From a virus: a DNA stretch of 64,000 bases. The translations under genes were made by a program, and so were the position numbers. The first letter of the stretch is position 1. Each line of letters opens with the position of its first letter. Location of the stretch: the IMG/VR virus record IMGVR_UViG_3300044653_000098, positions 64,001-128,000 of that record. One strand, 5' to 3'. A model generated the notes under the pieces. It saw only the letters and a list, made by a program, of their open reading frames with translations, made no database searches and was not told the DNA's origin. Positions 38,971 to 48,508 of this stretch are shown in pieces.

Positions 38971-39999
38971 GTGGCCAAATACCTCATCTTCGGTGACGTC
39001 CATCTCGGGCCGACGCCGAGCAGCTGCACCGGCACCTACGTAGATGATCTGTTCGATCTGCTGGAGCAGTGCATCTACCTAGCGCGTTCCCGGAACGTGG
39101 CTGCCGTGGTGATCGCCGGGGATCTGTTCCACTCGAAGGCACCGACGCGCACCAGCCACGCGCTGGTGACCCGGCTGATCAAGCTGCTGCGGCGGTTCGG
39201 GGTCACGGTCTGGTTCGTGCCCGGCAACCACGACATGCAGCACGACCGGATCGAGTCACTCGATGAGACTCAGCCTGCCGGGGAACTCCTGGCCTCCGGC
39301 GTGGTCAAGCTGCTGGACGGCTGGGACGACGAGTACAAGCACCTTTACGGCGTGCCCTGGCAGCAGCTCTGGGAAGACGAGATCGTCTTTGGCGCGCTGG
39401 CGGACTACCGGTCTCTGCACGAGACCCGGCCGCCGGAGCATTCTCTGGTCGTGACCCATGCCCCGCTGTACCCGCCTGGCCTGGAGCTGGCATACGAGTT
39501 CTACCCGCCTGGGAGATGGGCTTACGCCATGGGCCCGGGCCAGCACAGCTGCTACTACGGGCATGTGCACGAGCGCGCGGGCATCTGGCAGGTCCAGCCG
39601 CCCGACCTTCGTCCCGGGCACGATGTTGTCTATGCCGGGGATCCTCCGGGTGCAAGCGTTGTCACCTTCTGCAACCCCGGCGCCCTGTCCCGCGGCAGCC
39701 TGCACGAGCACAACCTGACCCGGATGCCCGCGGTCGCGATCTGGGACTCCGCCGACGGCCAGTTCACCGAGATCACCCTGAATGCCAAGCCGCCGGAGGA
39801 GGTCTTCCGGCTCCAGGAGAACCGCCAGACCACCGACATGACCGGCCGGCTGGAGGAGTTCCTGGTCTCGGTCGGCAGCACCCAGCTGGAAGTGATGAGC
39901 GTGGAATCCGTGGCGGCGCATGTCCGCGGCCTCGGATTGTCAGAGGCCGACACTACTTTGGCCATAGAACTATTGATGGAGGCTGCCAATGTCCGCTGA
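38971..39999 (+). CDS. SbcD/Mre11-like metallophosphoesterase nuclease
   Basis: GDVH, AGDLFH, GNHD, TH and GHVH. Confidence 0.9.
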   Translation: MAKYLIFGDVHLGPTPSSCTGTYVDDLFDLLEQCIYLARSRNVAAVVIAGDLFHSKAPTRTSHALVTRLIKLLRRFGVTVWFVPGNHDMQHDRIESLDETQPAGELLASGVVKLLDGWDDEYKHLYGVPWQQLWEDEIVFGALADYRSLHETRPPEHSLVVTHAPLYPPGLELAYEFYPPGRWAYAMGPGQHSCYYGHVHERAGIWQVQPPDLRPGHDVVYAGDPPGASVVTFCNPGALSRGSLHEHNLTRMPAVAIWDSADGQFTEITLNAKPPEEVFRLQENRQTTDMTGRLEEFLVSVGSTQLEVMSVESVAAHVRGLGLSEADTTLAIELLMEAANVR

Positions 40000-40558
40000 C
40001 GCCAGGACCGCGGTGCTGTTCGACCTGGATTCGACGCTGCGCAACTCCCGCCAGCGCCACCACCTGTCCCCGGTCCGTCTGGCCAACGGCCAGCCTCCGG
40101 ATAACGGGGGCCTGACCCCTCGGGACTGGCACGATTATGCGATGGCGGGAATCACTGACGTGCCTATGATGGGCCCGATCACCGCGCTGCGGCTGTTCTG
40201 GCCACACCATCAGATCCACATCGTCTCCGGCAGCAACGAGTCAGCCCGCGGAAACACCCTGCAGTGGCTGGACCGGCATGTCGGCCTGAACTGGATCGAC
40301 GGCGTCCACCTTCGCGCCGACGACGACTTCACCGAGAACGGTCCGTACAAGGTCGCCCACGTCCTCGCGCTGCGCGAGCAGGGGATCGAGACCGTGCTGT
40401 TCTTCGAGGACTGGGCGCCCGCCGCGCAGCATATCGAGGCTGTGGGCCTGGTGCCGGTCGTCTGCGTGAACCCCTGCTACCCGTGCAAGACGTGCGGCGT
40501 CGACCCGCTGGCGGATGCGCTGGCCGGGCAGATCGACAACCGTGGCGGGGGGCTGTGA
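39989..40558 (+). CDS. HAD-family phosphatase (PNK 3'-phosphatase-like)
   Basis: FDLDSTL, VSG, LR...D....K and FED. Confidence 0.8.
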   Translation: MSADARTAVLFDLDSTLRNSRQRHHLSPVRLANGQPPDNGGLTPRDWHDYAMAGITDVPMMGPITALRLFWPHHQIHIVSGSNESARGNTLQWLDRHVGLNWIDGVHLRADDDFTENGPYKVAHVLALREQGIETVLFFEDWAPAAQHIEAVGLVPVVCVNPCYPCKTCGVDPLADALAGQIDNRGGGL

Positions 40559-41397
40559 GCGTCCTCGCCGGCGCAGAGGAGCGTGCACTCAGGGTCAGCT
40601 GGAGCCTGATGCGCGTGAACTTCGAGTGCAAGCAGAAGCGCCATCTCAAGCAGACCACCAAGAAACCTACCAACATGGACATCCGGAACTTCTTCCCCGG
40701 AACCGTGGTGGACATCTGCATGCGCCGCTGGCTGGAGCTGGACGACCCCCCGGCCGGCGGCATGCAGGCCATGCTGGATGAGGTGCTGGAGTTCGCTGAG
40801 ACCAACGCCCGCGAGACAGGCGATGGGATCGTTCAGTGGCGCGACCTGCACGATAAAAAGCGCGTCCGGGCGGACTGCTGGGAGCTGCTCGGCCGGCTGG
40901 AGCCGATCCTGCACCGGTATGCGCTGTCCGTCGACTACTCCCCCGCGGTGCGGTTCAAAGAGCCGTTCATCCTGCCGTACCTGGACGGCACTCCGCAGCA
41001 GATCTGGCTCGTGGGGGAGATGGACCTGTTCACCCGCACCCAGCCAGTGCCTGACCTGCGCGTCTGGGACCTGAAGAACACCAAGAACGCCCAGTACTGG
41101 CGCAAGACCGTCGGCCAGCTGCTGTTCTATGACCTCGCGGTGTGGGCACAGCACAAGCAGTGGACCGTCGAGTGCGGCCTGATCCAGCCCATGTGCCCTG
41201 AGCAGGTGCTGTCGTTCCAGTTCACCGACCAGAACCGGCGTGAGCTGATGATGCACCTCGCTGCCTTCTGCCGGGATGTCTGGATCAAGGACGTCACCCC
41301 AAAAGCCGGGACTGAGGGCTGCTCGTACTGCGAGATGCGCACCGCCTGCGTCCGGTATGCGGGCAACCGCGGCCGCGTCGCGTGGCCCGCGGCGTAA
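40555..41397 (+). CDS. PD-(D/E)XK exonuclease (Cas4/RecB-like, Fe-S staple)
   Basis: N-terminal Cys, GEMD, DLK, QL.FY and CSYC.....C. Confidence 0.85.
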   Translation: MSVLAGAEERALRVSWSLMRVNFECKQKRHLKQTTKKPTNMDIRNFFPGTVVDICMRRWLELDDPPAGGMQAMLDEVLEFAETNARETGDGIVQWRDLHDKKRVRADCWELLGRLEPILHRYALSVDYSPAVRFKEPFILPYLDGTPQQIWLVGEMDLFTRTQPVPDLRVWDLKNTKNAQYWRKTVGQLLFYDLAVWAQHKQWTVECGLIQPMCPEQVLSFQFTDQNRRELMMHLAAFCRDVWIKDVTPKAGTEGCSYCEMRTACVRYAGNRGRVAWPAA

Positions 41398-41404
41398 TAG
41401 AGCC

Positions 41405-41659
41405 ATGGACGATCTCGAACAGCGGCTGGCCGGCGTGCGCGCCCAGGCTGAGCAGGCGCGTCAGCGCCAGGCGCGGGCGGAAGCTGAGCGCCACCAGGCC
41501 CAGGGCTCCCTGGCTGCCGCAGACCAGACGCTCCGGGACGAGTTCCCTGAGCTGGTGAGCCAGAATCCGGAGAGCCTGCTGGCCGCGCTCCGCCAGCAGG
41601 CCGAGGCCGAAGTCAGCAACGTACTGACGGCCCTGGCGGCCGCGGAGGGAGCGTCATGA
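41405..41659 (+). CDS. Small coiled-coil protein (possible Rad50 coil segment)
   Basis: Heptad-rich; lies between the SbcC halves. Confidence 0.6.
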   Translation: MDDLEQRLAGVRAQAEQARQRQARAEAERHQAQGSLAAADQTLRDEFPELVSQNPESLLAALRQQAEAEVSNVLTALAAAEGAS

Positions 41660-42912
41660 CGGCAATCAGTGAAGTGCTCGGGGCGCCGGAAGACAGCCCG
41701 TTCGCGGCAGCGACACCGCCGGTCTCGGCCAGCCACCAGGAGTTCAGCTTCACCTGCCCCCGGTTCCAGCTGGCCCTCATGGCCACCCGCGCCGGGAACG
41801 TGGTGCCTGCCCGCGAGGGCCACCAGATGGTTCTCAACAACTTCGCCATCCAGGTCACGGCTGATCCGCCCCGGCTGGAGGTCACCGGCACCGACCTGGA
41901 GCTGCGCGTCATCGCCGCTACCCCCGCAGTGCAGGTGACCCGCTCGGCCGACCAGGACTCGCTGCCGCTGCTCATGCTGCCGGCCAAGCGCCTGCAGGCG
42001 ATCCTGTCCGAGGCGCCCGATGGCGACGTAACGGTCAGCGTCAAGGGGGACAAGGCTGTCATCACCGCCGGGTCGGTGAGCTGGGAGCTGCAGGTGCCTT
42101 CGGATGGCTCGGACTACCCGCGCCCGCCCGCCCTGGACGAGGTGGACTGGCAGGAGACCGCGCGGGTGCCGCTGCTGTCGGCGTTGCGCACGGTCCGGCA
42201 CGCGGTCAGCAAGTCCGGCACTAAGCCGAACCTCTCCCAGGTCGACATCCGCTCCCGCGACACCGACGGCGTGCCGTGCATGACCGCGGCCGATGGCACC
42301 CGGTTTGCGCAGATCCCGCTGCCCGGGTTCCCGGTCGAGATGCGGATCCCCGCTGCGGGCTCCCCGGCCGCCACCGACGAGCTGATCCGCCTCCTGATAG
42401 CTTCCGAGGCGGACACCGTGCGGGTGGGAAAGCAGGGGAAAAGCTTGTTCTTCGGTGTGGATTCGACGGTTTTCCGGGTTTTTCAGCTGCCGCTGGAGTA
42501 CCCGGACATCTGGAAGCTGCTGCTGGAGCCCACCCTGGCCAACACCGACCTGCTCACGGTCAGCCGCGACGAGCTGAAGCGCGCGATCAGCCGGGTGCGG
42601 ATCAACGCCGACGACGGCACGCACGCCATCGGCCTGCAGCTGTGCGCCGGCCGGCTGACCGTCTTCACCCGCGACACCCGCGGCAATCAGGCTGAGCAGA
42701 CGATCGAGGCAACCTGGGATCAGCCGGAGCGCTCGCTGCTGGTCAACCACCTGTTCCTGGCCGAGATGCTGGGCGTCCACCCCAGCGGCGAGTGCATCTT
42801 CCGGCTCGGCAGGGACTCCGGGAAAAAGCGCTCGGTGGTGCTGCTCCGCGACGATGCGAGCGGGATCACCGGCATCATCAACCAGATGTCCGGGTCGCTG
42901 GCCGGGGCGTAG
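41656..42912 (+). CDS. dnaN: DNA sliding clamp beta subunit
   Basis: GTDLEL, DYP, AADGTRFA, EYPD and LKRAISRV motifs; ~400 aa three-domain length. Confidence 0.9.
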   Translation: MTAISEVLGAPEDSPFAAATPPVSASHQEFSFTCPRFQLALMATRAGNVVPAREGHQMVLNNFAIQVTADPPRLEVTGTDLELRVIAATPAVQVTRSADQDSLPLLMLPAKRLQAILSEAPDGDVTVSVKGDKAVITAGSVSWELQVPSDGSDYPRPPALDEVDWQETARVPLLSALRTVRHAVSKSGTKPNLSQVDIRSRDTDGVPCMTAADGTRFAQIPLPGFPVEMRIPAAGSPAATDELIRLLIASEADTVRVGKQGKSLFFGVDSTVFRVFQLPLEYPDIWKLLLEPTLANTDLLTVSRDELKRAISRVRINADDGTHAIGLQLCAGRLTVFTRDTRGNQAEQTIEATWDQPERSLLVNHLFLAEMLGVHPSGECIFRLGRDSGKKRSVVLLRDDASGITGIINQMSGSLAGA

Positions 42913-42919
42913 CAGGGAC

Positions 42920-43591
42920 ATGAGCACCGAGCTGGCACAGCGGGTCAGGGCGGCACGCAGCCGCACCGACATGGACATCGGCCGCGCCCGCGAGGTGGGC
43001 CGGGCCGGGCAGCTGGCCGAGTCCGCCGTAGCCCGGCTACAGGAGGAGATCGAGCGCCACGAGCGCACGGCGAAGCTGTTCACCACCATTGGCGAGACGC
43101 GCCAGGAGCTGGCCCGCCAGCAGATCGAGGGTCTCGTCACCCGCGGGCTGCAGACCATCTTCGATGAGGATCTGAGCTTCCACCTCGTGCCGTCGGTGCG
43201 GGGGAACAACGCCCAGGTCGACTTCATGATCCGGTCGGTGCACGACGTGCCGCCAGATCCTGAGAGGCAGACCTACGGGCCGGTCCAGGTCGACACCCCG
43301 GTGCTGGAGGCGCGCGGCGGGGGCATGGCTGTGGTTGTGGCCTTCATGCTGCGGCTGGTCGTGCTCCTGCTTACGCCAGGCACCCGCAAGGTGCTGTTCC
43401 TCGATGAGAGCTTCGCTCACGTCTCGCGTGGCTACGAGCCGAGAGTGGCCGAGTTCCTGAGAATGGTGAGCGAGAATGCTGGGGTGCAGATAGTTCTGAT
43501 CACCCACTCTGACGCGTTCTCCGACCTTGCCGACGCCCTCTACCGGCTGGAGCTGGAAGGCGGCGTGACCGTGGTGCGCCAGGAGGGCTAA
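42920..43591 (+). CDS. SbcC/Rad50-like ATPase, C-terminal half
   Basis: Signature RGGG, Walker B LFLDESF and H-loop LITH. Confidence 0.85.
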   Translation: MSTELAQRVRAARSRTDMDIGRAREVGRAGQLAESAVARLQEEIERHERTAKLFTTIGETRQELARQQIEGLVTRGLQTIFDEDLSFHLVPSVRGNNAQVDFMIRSVHDVPPDPERQTYGPVQVDTPVLEARGGGMAVVVAFMLRLVVLLLTPGTRKVLFLDESFAHVSRGYEPRVAEFLRMVSENAGVQIVLITHSDAFSDLADALYRLELEGGVTVVRQEG

Positions 43592-44229
43592 TGCGGCCTC
43601 TCCTGAGCATTCTCATCGCGACGCTGGGCAGTCGGCAGGACAAGTTCTTCGAGCTGCTCGATATGCTGCTGCCGCAGGCAGAGGAAAGCGGCGAGGTGGA
43701 GGTCACCGGCCTCTACAACCACGGCGAGCACCGGCTGGCGGTCGTCCGGCAAAGGCTGCTGGAAAGTGCCAGCGGCACGTACCTGTGCTTCGTGGATGAC
43801 GACGACATGGTCAGTCCGGACTATGTGGAGACCCTCCTGGCCGTCCTTCGGGACCACACCCCTGACTCGGTTGGGTTCAAGGTGTTCCTGAGTCACCGTG
43901 CCCAGGTCTCCACCTGCAGCCGCGTCCGCTTTGGCCAGAAGGTTTACGGCCACACCTGGGACTGGGGCATCATGACCCCGGTCCGGACTGAGATCGCCCA
44001 GAAGTGCCGGTTCGACACCTACACGGGCGGCCGCGTCGGTGAGGACGGCTGGTTCAAGGCCCAGCTGTTGTCCCTGCTCGGCCCCGAGGAGTTCATAGAT
44101 AAAGTGCTCTATGAGTACCGGTGGGACGCTGAGGACTCGACGCAGACCCACCTCGCCCGGCAGCCTCGCCTCCCGCGGCCCTACGTTGGGTCACTGGCGT
44201 TCCGGTGGCATGAATGGAGCAGCAGATGA
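43591..44229 (+). CDS. GT2-family glycosyltransferase
   Basis: LSILIAT, YLCFVDDDD and GED. Confidence 0.85.
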   Translation: MRPLLSILIATLGSRQDKFFELLDMLLPQAEESGEVEVTGLYNHGEHRLAVVRQRLLESASGTYLCFVDDDDMVSPDYVETLLAVLRDHTPDSVGFKVFLSHRAQVSTCSRVRFGQKVYGHTWDWGIMTPVRTEIAQKCRFDTYTGGRVGEDGWFKAQLLSLLGPEEFIDKVLYEYRWDAEDSTQTHLARQPRLPRPYVGSLAFRWHEWSSR

Positions 44230-44417
44230 AAGACCGCAGCAAGATTGTCTACTGCACCATGGACAGCTCTCAGTGGCTGATCCTGATCCCGCCCGCAGGC
44301 TTGGTGTCCCCTCCGGTGATAACCCTGCATCAGTCATTTGTCGGGCCCGTGGAGTTCTACCACGCCTCGGCCTACAACATCCCGGTGCCCGACGACGCTA
44401 AGGCGGCCGCGAAATGA
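44226..44417 (+). CDS. Hypothetical protein
   Basis: Coupled small ORF. Confidence 0.5.
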   Translation: MKDRSKIVYCTMDSSQWLILIPPAGLVSPPVITLHQSFVGPVEFYHASAYNIPVPDDAKAAAK

Positions 44418-47365
44418 CCAGTCCTGCGTCCGTCCAGAGCTGGCTCGACCAGACCGCCTACAAGATGGACCTGAGCTGCCAGTACCTCGGGGATGAGCCG
44501 AACACCCTGAACCGGGACTGGGACTCCGCCACGCTGCGGTGGCTCATGTGCGCGAGCTGGCCCTATGAGCATGCGGCCGGCAACCAGTCGATCCCCTACG
44601 TCGCCAAGGCGGTCACTGATGCTTCCCCGCATTATCTGTGCGACCGGTTCTACCTGCCTGCGACGCCACGCGATATGCGACTTCTGGAGCGCGGGGGCGT
44701 GCCCGTATTCGGTATCGAATCAAAGCACCAGCTCAGTGACTTTGACGTGGTGGGAACCTCTATCTCCTACCTTGTTCTGCTGATGAACTTCGCCAAGATG
44801 CTGACCATGAGCGGGATTCCGCTGCGGTGGCGCGAGCGGGAGGACGACCCCGGCGCCTACCCCATGGTCATCATCGGCGGCCAGGCGTTCAGCGCCCCTG
44901 CTGCGATGGAGCCGATCGCGGATTGCATCTGGCTGGGCGAGGCCGACACCGAGCCCGGCAACGGCGGGATGGCCGCGGTGTGCCGGAGGATCGAGGAGTT
45001 CAAGGCCGACGGCTCCTGGCGGCAGGACCGGATCGGGTGCTACCGCGAGCTGGCGCTGGAGTTCGGGTACCTGCACTTCCCGCGGTTCGTGAAGACGCAC
45101 TACCGGTACGAGGACCGCGGCCTGCCGCAGCCCTCGAAGGTGGTTGCGGGCTATGAGTCCCTGCTGCCGGGCATGACCTTCCCCCGGCGCTCGCGCCGGG
45201 TCCGCGACATGAACGCCATCTCCCCGCTGACCGCCGCGCCGCTGCTGTACTCCGACCCCGCGCTCGGCGCCGGGGACATGGAAGTCGCCCGCGGCTGCCC
45301 GGCGTGGTGCAGCTTCTGCCGGCTGAGCTGGCTGACCAAGCCGTACCGCCAGCGGGACGTCGCCTTGTCCGTCGAGCACGCTGCTCAGTGGCACCGCGCC
45401 ATGGGTGCGGTCGAGCTGAGCCCGTTCGCCCCGGACTTCCCGATGCACACGCAGCGCCAGCTGCTGATCAAGCAGTTGCTGGAGCAGGTCAACGACGAGG
45501 CCGACGCGGTGGCCATGCGCATTGACGACGCCATCGCGGACAAGGGCGTTTACATCCAGCTCCAGGCCCTCGGCGGGATGGACGCGATCACCCTCGGCCT
45601 GGAGGGCAACTCCCAGCGCATGCGTGACCTCGTCGGCAAGGGCACCTCCGACAACGAGGTGATCGAGGCGGTCCGGCAGGGGATCCAGGCTGGCCTGCGC
45701 AAGTTCAAGCTCTTCATGATCACCAACCTGCCCGGCGAGGAGAAGGGCGACGTCCTGCGGATCGTCCGGCTGGGCGAGCAGCTGGCCGCGGTCCGCGACG
45801 AGCTGGGGCAGCCAAACGTCCAGATCCAGTTCAGCTGGACTCCGCTGCTCATCGAGATGGGCACGCCGTTCCAGTGGTTCGCCGTGACCCACGCCGACCA
45901 CACGCTGATCAAGATCGCTGAGTTCTTCCGCGACCTGAAGATCGCCTTCAAGATCGGGACCAAGGCCGAGCCCAACAAGGTGGCATTCTTCCAGCTGTGC
46001 CAGCGAGCCTCCGCCGAGGTGGGCGAGGCGATCGTGGACGTCATGGAGGAGATGGACATCGCCTGCTGGGGTGGTGTGCCCCGCGGCGATCCAGGCAAGC
46101 GCAACGGGATGAAGGACCGGCTGGAGGACGCCCTGATCGCCCACGGCTTCCTCAACGGTTTCGATGACTGCTTTGACGAGCGTCGCCTGCGTGACCTGTT
46201 CGGCGCCGAGTACATCGACACCGGGGTGCCCCGCCGGCTGCTGTGGAGCACCTATCTCCAGATGGTGGAGTTCCTGGAGCAGACGGACGCCGACACCTAC
46301 GACGACCTGCTCGACCCGGCCTACCGCGGCAACGAGTGGGTCGGCCGGTGCGACACCGCCTGCCAGGGCAATTCCTGCGGAGTGTGCTCACGCAGTGACT
46401 TGGAGTTGCGACGGGACTACATCAGTGCTGCGAAGAATGAGCTGACCACCGGCCTAGCGGGGGTCCGGCCGATCGACCAGTCTTCGGTGGTCATGCGCAT
46501 CCGGCTCCGGCTGGTCCGGAGCGAGAAGTACCGCTTCGTCGGCAACGACCACTGGCGGTTCGCGGTCCGGCGCGCGGCCTACCAGGCCGCCTACGCCATG
46601 GCCAACACGCTGCCTTCCGGCTTCTCGATAGCCAAGCGCACCATCCGCTTCGCCAGCGATAGGTTCGGCAGCCAGGGGCTGGCGGGCACCGACTACGTCG
46701 AGTTCGGGATCACCCGCGAGCTGGATGACTGGCAGCTGCACGCGTTCGTTGCCGGGATGTCAGCTCTTCTGGACCGGTGGGTGTCGGTGATCGAGGAGAG
46801 CCGGACCCAGCTGCCCCCGGTGGCCGGGGAGCTGCGCAAGGACGCGGATGTCAGCTTCTGCTCTATGACCCTGGCAGCGAGCCCTGACGTGGCCGCTGCG
46901 CGCCTCGCAGCCTGGGGCCGGGCAGAGACCGTGCCCATGATCCTGCGCCATCCTGGGGTCTACTTCGGGCTCGCCGCCGAGGAGGTCGACGCCCGCGAGT
47001 TCGTGGACGACATGTGGGTGGCTGCCACCGGCAACAAGCTCGAACTCAAGATGTTCACCCGCGGGGAGCCGGGGCCCTACCAGCTGATGTCGACGCTCAT
47101 GGGCAAAAAGAGCTGGATCGAGGCCATGGCTCACCCGGCGTGGCGGCATGACTTCTTCCTGCCTGGCGCGACCGGGCTGGCTGCCATCCAGGGCGACATG
47201 CTGGCGGCCGCCTGCACGGAGTGCGGGCTGCCAGTGCCATACGGCGCCGACGGCCAGCCGTGGCTGCGCGCAGACCTCAGCGACTCCCTCGACATCTGCC
47301 CGCGGTGTCTCGATGAGCGCCATGGCCGGGTGCTCGCGGGCCTGCCCCGCCTCGCGGCCGTATAA
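44414..47365 (+). CDS. TIGR03960-type radical SAM protein fused to a TIGR03936/DUF2344-like domain
   Basis: VARGCPAWCSFC (CX3CX2C), N-terminal FDVVG.S..Y and IIGG..A.EP.AD, C-terminal RIRLR....YRFV...RRA domain. Confidence 0.85.
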   Translation: MTSPASVQSWLDQTAYKMDLSCQYLGDEPNTLNRDWDSATLRWLMCASWPYEHAAGNQSIPYVAKAVTDASPHYLCDRFYLPATPRDMRLLERGGVPVFGIESKHQLSDFDVVGTSISYLVLLMNFAKMLTMSGIPLRWREREDDPGAYPMVIIGGQAFSAPAAMEPIADCIWLGEADTEPGNGGMAAVCRRIEEFKADGSWRQDRIGCYRELALEFGYLHFPRFVKTHYRYEDRGLPQPSKVVAGYESLLPGMTFPRRSRRVRDMNAISPLTAAPLLYSDPALGAGDMEVARGCPAWCSFCRLSWLTKPYRQRDVALSVEHAAQWHRAMGAVELSPFAPDFPMHTQRQLLIKQLLEQVNDEADAVAMRIDDAIADKGVYIQLQALGGMDAITLGLEGNSQRMRDLVGKGTSDNEVIEAVRQGIQAGLRKFKLFMITNLPGEEKGDVLRIVRLGEQLAAVRDELGQPNVQIQFSWTPLLIEMGTPFQWFAVTHADHTLIKIAEFFRDLKIAFKIGTKAEPNKVAFFQLCQRASAEVGEAIVDVMEEMDIACWGGVPRGDPGKRNGMKDRLEDALIAHGFLNGFDDCFDERRLRDLFGAEYIDTGVPRRLLWSTYLQMVEFLEQTDADTYDDLLDPAYRGNEWVGRCDTACQGNSCGVCSRSDLELRRDYISAAKNELTTGLAGVRPIDQSSVVMRIRLRLVRSEKYRFVGNDHWRFAVRRAAYQAAYAMANTLPSGFSIAKRTIRFASDRFGSQGLAGTDYVEFGITRELDDWQLHAFVAGMSALLDRWVSVIEESRTQLPPVAGELRKDADVSFCSMTLAASPDVAAARLAAWGRAETVPMILRHPGVYFGLAAEEVDAREFVDDMWVAATGNKLELKMFTRGEPGPYQLMSTLMGKKSWIEAMAHPAWRHDFFLPGATGLAAIQGDMLAAACTECGLPVPYGADGQPWLRADLSDSLDICPRCLDERHGRVLAGLPRLAAV

Positions 47366-47494
47366 GGCACCAAGCAGCACTCCCTAACCGAGCTGGGGAG
47401 CGCAGCAGGCGCGGAGGGCGCCGGTATCCAAGTATGGCTACTGGGATCGCACGTCGCCCTCCGCGCCGAATAGCCCAGGAGTCTGGAGGGCGCG

Positions 47495-47743
47495 GTGGCC
47501 GAGGTGTGGGTTGACGGGGCGGTGTCCTGTTATGACCCTGAGTGCTCCGGCCACGCCGAGCCCGAGAGTGACGGCGAGACGCGCTGGTACGAGTGCACGA
47601 AGTGCGGCTACCAGTTCGAGTTCCGGGTGGTCCGCCAGGCGGACTCCGGAACCTGCGCCATCGGTGTGAGCGCCGAGACCCGGCGTGCCGCTCCTGGACC
47701 GGTCCTACTGCAGATCGGGAGGCGGCCAGATGACCGACACTGA
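47495..47743 (+). CDS. Small Zn-ribbon protein
   Basis: C....C...CTKC; GGAGG RBS. Confidence 0.6.
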   Translation: MAEVWVDGAVSCYDPECSGHAEPESDGETRWYECTKCGYQFEFRVVRQADSGTCAIGVSAETRRAAPGPVLLQIGRRPDDRH

Positions 47744-48302
47744 GACAGCACAGCAGCCCAAGTCCCTGAGCGCGATGGCTGACGAGGTTCTGGCATGGTG
47801 CCAGGACAAGGGCTGGTACGACACCCCGGTCAGCTTCGCGGAGGCCATGGCCCTGCTGCACAGCGAGGTGGCCGAGGTCTCCGAAGCGTGGCGGCAGTGG
47901 GGGCTGGCTGACAACACTGCCGTGCTCACGTATACCGACCAGGCCACCGGACAGTACGCACTGGCAAAACCCGAGGGCGTCGGCAGCGAGTTCGGAGACA
48001 TCCTGATCCGGTGGCTGGACGACTCCCGGCGCTTTGGCGTCGACCCCGACCTCAAGGTCAACTCGCTGCCCAAGATCTCCAGCTCGTTCCTGGAGAACAT
48101 GAACGCGCTGCACACGCTGATCGCCTCGTCGTCCGAGGCGTTCTACGAGAACGACGCTTGGTGGTACCGCAAGCACGCCCGGATCGTCACGTTCCTGCTC
48201 CAGCTCTGCGCGCACTACGAGATCGATCTGCAGGCGGAGTACGAGCGGAAGATGGCCTACAACCGCACCCGTGCCTACCGGCACGGCGGTAAGCGCCAGT
48301 AA
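47730..48302 (+). CDS. MazG-like nucleotide pyrophosphohydrolase
   Basis: LLHSEVAEVSEAWR, EFGDILIR and KMAYNRTRAYRHGGK. Confidence 0.85.
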   Translation: MTDTETAQQPKSLSAMADEVLAWCQDKGWYDTPVSFAEAMALLHSEVAEVSEAWRQWGLADNTAVLTYTDQATGQYALAKPEGVGSEFGDILIRWLDDSRRFGVDPDLKVNSLPKISSSFLENMNALHTLIASSSEAFYENDAWWYRKHARIVTFLLQLCAHYEIDLQAEYERKMAYNRTRAYRHGGKRQ

Positions 48303-48508
48303 TGGCTGGCGGAAGGCCCCAGAAGTACCCGTGGGATGAGTGGGCGGACGGCCGTGAGCATGTGATCTCCCGCGGCACGCACTTCCAGGTGCCGGTGGAG
48401 ACCATGCGGGTCAATCTGCACAAGTTCGCTGTCGGCCAGCGGCTGAAGGTGAGCACGCGCCGCCGGCAGGACAGCCTGAAGTTCACGTTCTCGGAGGCAG
48501 CTACATGA
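48302..48508 (+). CDS. Hypothetical small protein
   Basis: KYPWDEW motif; coupled. Confidence 0.65.
   Translation: MAGGRPQKYPWDEWADGREHVISRGTHFQVPVETMRVNLHKFAVGQRLKVSTRRRQDSLKFTFSEAAT

Noticed and set aside
40555-41397. CRISPR-Cas system suggested by the Cas4-like nuclease
   Set aside because: No repeat-spacer array or other cas genes; solo Cas4-like exonucleases are common in phage replication modules.
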